DNA from: Polyangiales bacterium
Lineage (GTDB): Bacteria > Myxococcota_A > Polyangia > Polyangiales > Houyiibacteriaceae
DNA: 28,479 bases
Reading direction: 5' to 3'
NCBI GenBank assembly: GCA_045106895.1
Contig: JBGCFM010000174.1
Location: 1-28,479 of the forward strand
Part shown: positions 24,263-28,479 of the stretch, piece by piece
How the letters are laid out: every line of letters starts with the position of its first letter
Position numbering within the stretch: the stretch's first letter is position 1
Position numbers and translations under genes: made by a program
The notes under the pieces: generated by a model
Databases searched by the model: none
The model's input: the letters and a program-made list of their open reading frames with translations, nothing else
Told to the model about the DNA's origin: nothing

Positions 24263-25327
24263 ATGACGTACTTCAAGACACTCCTGATTCCTTCTCTCCT
24301 CCTTGCCCTCGTCGGCTGCGATCGGGTCGCCGTTGAAGACAACATGGACCAGACGAGCTTCCTCTCTGACTTCCAACTTTTCGACATCGGCGCGAGAGAG
24401 AACGACCTAAACGGACCGTACGCCGCCGGAACCGACGTCGAGTTCCGCGTCGTTGGCGCCGAAGGTGCCGAGGGCTGGAGCTACCAAAGCGACAACCCAG
24501 AGGTCATGCAAGTCATCTCCTCCATCAATGGCCGAGGAACGATACGCGCCAGCGCCAGCGGCTTCGCTCACATCCAGCTCGTCGACTCCGGTGGCGACTG
24601 CGTGGAAGAGTTCGACGTCGAGGTCGCCGACGTCGCCGACGTCGCCATCACGTCCAGAGCGATCATCAAGAGCGACGGCGACGTCGGCACCAACATGGCA
24701 GGAGAGACGATCCACGTTCTCGAAGGCGGCGACGCCGCGTTCCGCGCGGTCTTCTTGGACGCCACGGGGCGCGAGCTGCGCGGTCGCGACATTCTCGAAA
24801 TACGCAGCGAGACGGCGAGTACATCGATGACGACCTTCGGGGCCTTCAGTGCGTGGATCACGGTCTCTCCTTTCAGCCCGGGCGCCGAGGTGCTGGAGCT
24901 CATCGTCAGCGGTGAGCAAGTCGGCACACTCAACATTGAGGCGGTATCGCCGGATGCTCTCGAAGGGATTCAGATCGTTGGCGATGAGCTCCTTGCGCAG
25001 AACGGCGAGCGAATCGTGATCCGCGCCACCGGCGTCGTTGGTACGAACGCTGTCTACGGTACGGAGCCCGAGTGGGATTCCATGGGACGCTCCCTCGGCC
25101 GCGGCGACCTCTACTCGTACGACTTCGATGACACCATGGAGACCTCCGTGCGCGCCTCCTTCGAGACCAGCGCCGGCGAGATTGAAGACAGCATCGTCGT
25201 CCATGGCGCCCTCGGCTCCGTTTCGAGCAGCGCCAACCTTGGATGCAGCGCCAGCGGTGGGGCTGGAGGCTTCGGTGCGCTCTTCCCACTGGGCCTTGGT
25301 CTGCTCTTCCTTCGGCGCCGGCGATAG
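24263..25327 (+). CDS. Surface protein with N-terminal lipobox and C-terminal MYXO-CTERM-like sorting signal
   Basis: LALVGC lipobox, acidic beta-rich body, C-terminus GCSASGGAGGFGALFPLGLGLLFLRRRR. Confidence 0.8.
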   Translation: MTYFKTLLIPSLLLALVGCDRVAVEDNMDQTSFLSDFQLFDIGARENDLNGPYAAGTDVEFRVVGAEGAEGWSYQSDNPEVMQVISSINGRGTIRASASGFAHIQLVDSGGDCVEEFDVEVADVADVAITSRAIIKSDGDVGTNMAGETIHVLEGGDAAFRAVFLDATGRELRGRDILEIRSETASTSMTTFGAFSAWITVSPFSPGAEVLELIVSGEQVGTLNIEAVSPDALEGIQIVGDELLAQNGERIVIRATGVVGTNAVYGTEPEWDSMGRSLGRGDLYSYDFDDTMETSVRASFETSAGEIEDSIVVHGALGSVSSSANLGCSASGGAGGFGALFPLGLGLLFLRRRR

Positions 25328-25345
25328 ATTCTCTCGATGAGCTCT

Positions 25346-25373
25346 GCGCTGCCACGGTCCGCCGCGGCGGCGC
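25346..25373 (+). terminator. GC-rich hairpin downstream of the MYXO-CTERM gene (possible terminator or stabiliser)
   Basis: GCGCTGCCACGG-TCCG-CCGCGGCGGCGC; no clean U-tract. Confidence 0.35.
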
Positions 25374-25415
25374 TCATGCGTTTGCCTCAATAGTCCAAAT
25401 TGGTGAGAATCGGTG

Positions 25416-26921
25416 ATGCGCTTGCTTCTTCTCCTGCTCATCACCGCGTGCTCGATCGATTCAACTGGACTCCTGCCCGCCAACGAGGATGACGGTGGAC
25501 CCGGTCTCGATGCTGGAGCGTTCGATGGCGGAGCAGCGATCGATGGAAGCCCAGCGAGCGATGGAGCGATGGCAGTCGACGGGGGACCGACGCTCGACGG
25601 GGGACCCGCGACCGACTCGGGACAACCAGATGTCGGCGCGGCTGATGGGGGCCCGCTCCCGGACGTTCCACCGGACGTCTTCGACGCTGGCAACGACGCG
25701 GGCTGCATCACGGAGAGTTGTGAAGGCAACACATACGTGAGCTGCAACGAGGATGGGACAACGGACCGGCGGGACTGCGACTTCGCGTGCTTCAGTGGAG
25801 GCGACGCCTTCGCCGGAATCGGCTGCTACGACCTCGACCCGAGCAACCTAGACGATCCGATGAGCGACGTCCCTGATTCGCGCCGCCCAACGCTCATCGA
25901 TGGCACCGAGAATTGGTCCACGAACGACTGCGCGTCACTACCTGGCTACTGGAAAGTGGTCGATCAACCAGGCTCACGCCCCCTTTGTGTACTCTCTTTC
26001 GGCGACATCGAGTTCCGCGGCGACGTTCGTGTCTTTGGAGGACGCGCGTTGCTCATCGTCTCCACTGGAACGGTCACCATCAGTGGGTCCTTTCGCGCGG
26101 ACGCGGACGGCGTAGTTCCAGGCGCGGGTGGCGGTCGTGGCGGTGAGAGGGGCGTCACCGCCGGCGGGCCAAATCCGGGAACGGCGGGGCTGCTGCTCGG
26201 TGAGTACACGGATGGCGGCGGCGGCGGCGGCGGTTGCCGCTTTGAAGGCGGCACGGGCGGCATTGCAGGGGGCCTAAGCGGCAGCGCGACGAGTGGCGCC
26301 GCACCCGGCGGCGGTGCATTTGGTGGCGGTTACACGGGCGTGCCACTACGCGGCGGCAGCGGCGGAGGCGTCGGCGGCGGCGGAGAGTCCGCGGGCTCCG
26401 GCGGCGGCGGCGGCGGCGCGGTTCAGATCACCGCTCGCTTTGGTATTAACCTCTCGCCGACCGCCGTCATCGACGTCGGCGGCGGAGGGGGCAGCGGCGG
26501 CCAGGATGGCAACCTCGGCGACAACAACATCGGCGCCGGCGGCGGTGGCGGAAGTGGCGGCGTGGTGCTCTTGGAAAGCGCCGGCAATATGCAGCTCTTC
26601 GGCGGGTTCTATGCTCCCGGCGGCGGCGGCGGCGGTGGTGCCGGGTGCCGCGCTCGCGGAAACGCAGGCGACGGTCGACAGAACAGTCCCGGCGATGTCG
26701 GCGGAGGCGTGAACGGCCCCGCGTGTGGCAACGGTAACTTCTTTGGAGCCGTTGGCGGCCCAGGTGGAGTCTTTAGCGCTGGCATCCTCGGCGGAGAAAA
26801 CCGTCAGTGGGGTGCCAACGGCGGAGGCGGCGGAGGCGGCGGTGGACTGCTCCTTGTGCGTTCACCCACCAACACCGGGCGCGGCCGTGAGTCACGTCCA
26901 AACATCGTTCGAGTCGACTAA
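25416..26921 (+). CDS. Glycine-rich lipoprotein with DxG-repeat linker
   Basis: LITAC lipobox, about a dozen D(A/G/S/V)G-type units, a Cys-containing segment, then many poly-Gly runs alternating with short beta-strands. Confidence 0.8.
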   Translation: MRLLLLLLITACSIDSTGLLPANEDDGGPGLDAGAFDGGAAIDGSPASDGAMAVDGGPTLDGGPATDSGQPDVGAADGGPLPDVPPDVFDAGNDAGCITESCEGNTYVSCNEDGTTDRRDCDFACFSGGDAFAGIGCYDLDPSNLDDPMSDVPDSRRPTLIDGTENWSTNDCASLPGYWKVVDQPGSRPLCVLSFGDIEFRGDVRVFGGRALLIVSTGTVTISGSFRADADGVVPGAGGGRGGERGVTAGGPNPGTAGLLLGEYTDGGGGGGGCRFEGGTGGIAGGLSGSATSGAAPGGGAFGGGYTGVPLRGGSGGGVGGGGESAGSGGGGGGAVQITARFGINLSPTAVIDVGGGGGSGGQDGNLGDNNIGAGGGGGSGGVVLLESAGNMQLFGGFYAPGGGGGGGAGCRARGNAGDGRQNSPGDVGGGVNGPACGNGNFFGAVGGPGGVFSAGILGGENRQWGANGGGGGGGGGLLLVRSPTNTGRGRESRPNIVRVD

Positions 26922-26969
26922 CCCCAGCGTTCGATTGGCCCACATGGGCGAGCGATTTCGTTCATGGCG

Positions 26970-28166
26970 CTAGCCATCGAGAGTCAGGCTTCGACGGTCG
27001 AAGGCATCGACGAAGCGCTTCCCGAGTTCGGCATCGCGGCCAAGCGCGTGGCACGCGCCACCTTCGGTGCTCAACCCGCCCAAGAGCTCGGGGTCTTCGT
27101 CGTGGAGGATCCGAAACGCTTCACCGATGGCGCTAGCGCCGTGCTCATCGGCGATTCGAAAAAGACGATGGAGCACCGCCACCGTGGTGGCATGAGTGCC
27201 GCTCGAGCTGCCACGGTTCACGTCGCTGACCATCTCGTCGAGGGATGTCTCTTGAACCCGGCCGATGGGGTACATGAAGTTGCCGCAAAGGGAGACCGTC
27301 CCTTCGTGGTTGATGCTGAGATCTTGATGGTGCCGACCGCCATCGTAGGCCTCCGCGCGCTTCTCCATATTGCCGCAACGAATGCCGAAGAGCCCCTTGC
27401 CGCTTCGCTTCTCGAGAAGGCGACTTGGTAAGACGAGCGCGGCGCCAACGCTCGCGGTCTCTAAGAACTTGATCTGAACGCTTCCGCGCGAATCTGAAAA
27501 ACGTCTTGGGGCTTCCTCGACGAGCCCAGTGGTCTTCAGCACGTCCGCCAGCATACGCTCCGAAGGCCCTCGCCACTCTCCGTTGCCGGTGACACTAATC
27601 CGCAGCCGGTGACCGATGAATTCCTCTGCCGAGCGCTGACCGAAACCGCCATCGAGGAGCGCATCCAGCGCGCGCGCCACGACGCTTGTGGGAACGCGAT
27701 TCGCAGGCGCTCGCTCCGGGTCTTGATCCGTGTTGTGACTATTGTCGATGCTCAGAAACACACGCGTGAGCCCAGCATCGCGAAGCTCTTCCACCATCTG
27801 CCTTGGTGATAGGTCCCACGTCCCGGCCTCGCGAAGCAGCGCCTCGTTCTTCTCTCGATACGCGCCGTACGCGCCGAGGGGAGCTGCGTTGGTCACCATG
27901 CTCGCTGGCAGGCCGAGGCTCTTGGCGTGGCGCGTCAGCTCGACCATGTCCGAGTAGCGAAGGAGCGGTTCCCCGCCCGTCCAATACACCCCGCTCAAGC
28001 CGAGCTCCGCCGCCGCGGTGATGGCATCACGGATGAGCGCCATCGGCAGGTCCGTTCGGCTCGCGTTGTCACGGCGCCGGGTATCGTTGAAACATATCGC
28101 GCAGTCGTTGGTGCAGCGCCCCGTGAGCGCGATCTTCAGCTGAGCGGTGGGCCGGTAGAGCTTCAT
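26970..28166 (-). CDS. Radical SAM protein with SPASM/Twitch-like C-terminal segment
   Basis: CTNDCAIC (CxxxCxxC), TGGEP, VTNA and LSID motifs; C-terminal C...INHEGTVSLC...IGRV....LDEM. Confidence 0.88.
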   Translation of the reverse strand: MKLYRPTAQLKIALTGRCTNDCAICFNDTRRRDNASRTDLPMALIRDAITAAAELGLSGVYWTGGEPLLRYSDMVELTRHAKSLGLPASMVTNAAPLGAYGAYREKNEALLREAGTWDLSPRQMVEELRDAGLTRVFLSIDNSHNTDQDPERAPANRVPTSVVARALDALLDGGFGQRSAEEFIGHRLRISVTGNGEWRGPSERMLADVLKTTGLVEEAPRRFSDSRGSVQIKFLETASVGAALVLPSRLLEKRSGKGLFGIRCGNMEKRAEAYDGGRHHQDLSINHEGTVSLCGNFMYPIGRVQETSLDEMVSDVNRGSSSGTHATTVAVLHRLFRIADEHGASAIGEAFRILHDEDPELLGGLSTEGGACHALGRDAELGKRFVDAFDRRSLTLDG

Positions 28167-28236
28167 GTTGGGGCGTTCTTGGTGGGCACGTGGAGAGGAA
28201 CAGCGCCCGAAAGCCCTCGTATTCCCGCGCGGGCAA

Positions 28237-28479
28237 TCAGTTTGAGGGTGTGTCGATCTTGTACTTCTTGAGCTTACGGTAGAGCGTGGTCCGACCGATG
28301 CCCAAGATTCGAACCGCCTCCGTTAGATGCCCCCCTGTACGCTTGAGGGTCGTGACGATGGCCCAACGTTCGAGGTCATCCAAGGTCATGTTGAGCGCCT
28401 CCAAGTCGGGGAGCTGCGGAGCGCCGGAGTCACTCATCGGCTCTTCGCCGACAAGACGTTTCGGCAGGTCGCCCATGCG
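28237..28479 (-). CDS. C-terminal Fis-type HTH, probably of a sigma54-dependent activator (truncated by the window edge)
   Basis: TLDDLERWAIVTTLKRTGGHLTEAVRILGIGRTTLYRKLKKY; frame open to the window end; the preceding DLP motif is typical of the end of the AAA+ domain. Confidence 0.85.
   Translation of the reverse strand, partial: RMGDLPKRLVGEEPMSDSGAPQLPDLEALNMTLDDLERWAIVTTLKRTGGHLTEAVRILGIGRTTLYRKLKKYKIDTPSN

Noticed and set aside
26120..26850. GGC-rich tandem runs as DNA repeats, a CRISPR array or a contingency locus
   Set aside because: They are in-frame glycine codons with synonymous variation and have no repeat-spacer structure.
28167..28236. Possible riboswitch or leader upstream of the radical SAM gene
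   Set aside because: Only 70 bp, with no recognisable SAM, cobalamin or other aptamer consensus.

Overview
High-GC, densely coding bacterial window. Eukaryotic-like Ser/Thr kinases, a DUF1592/DUF1552 pair, DxG/Gly-rich lipoproteins and a MYXO-CTERM-like tail point to a myxobacterium (Myxococcota, Polyangiales-like; inference). It holds about 25 CDS and one tRNA-Leu(CAA). Housekeeping and signalling genes: TetR, REC-GGDEF, DAGK-like kinase, phhB, ppx, two Ser/Thr kinases, N-formylglutamate amidohydrolase, MDR dehydrogenase, aroC, a ChdC/Cld-family heme protein, a radical SAM enzyme and the end of a probable sigma54 activator. Four signals stand out. (1) An orphan NosL-like lipoprotein pairs with an uncharacterised Cys/His-motif membrane protein, without nosZ in the window, and converges on a coupled operon of two paralogous exported TPR proteins plus a pentaheme cytochrome c. 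(2) A 164-bp CTAG-bounded hairpin MITE with an ERIC/Correia-like core fills that convergent junction, and a second remnant sits at the window start. (3) Ten genes have a (GC)TAnnnY -10 box 6-7 nt before the start codon, suggesting pervasive leaderless transcription. (4) A consensus sigma54 promoter, apparently also leaderless, drives a protein with both a lipobox and a MYXO-CTERM-like tail. No integrase, prophage, CRISPR or defence system is visible. All family calls come from motif recognition by eye; no searches were run.
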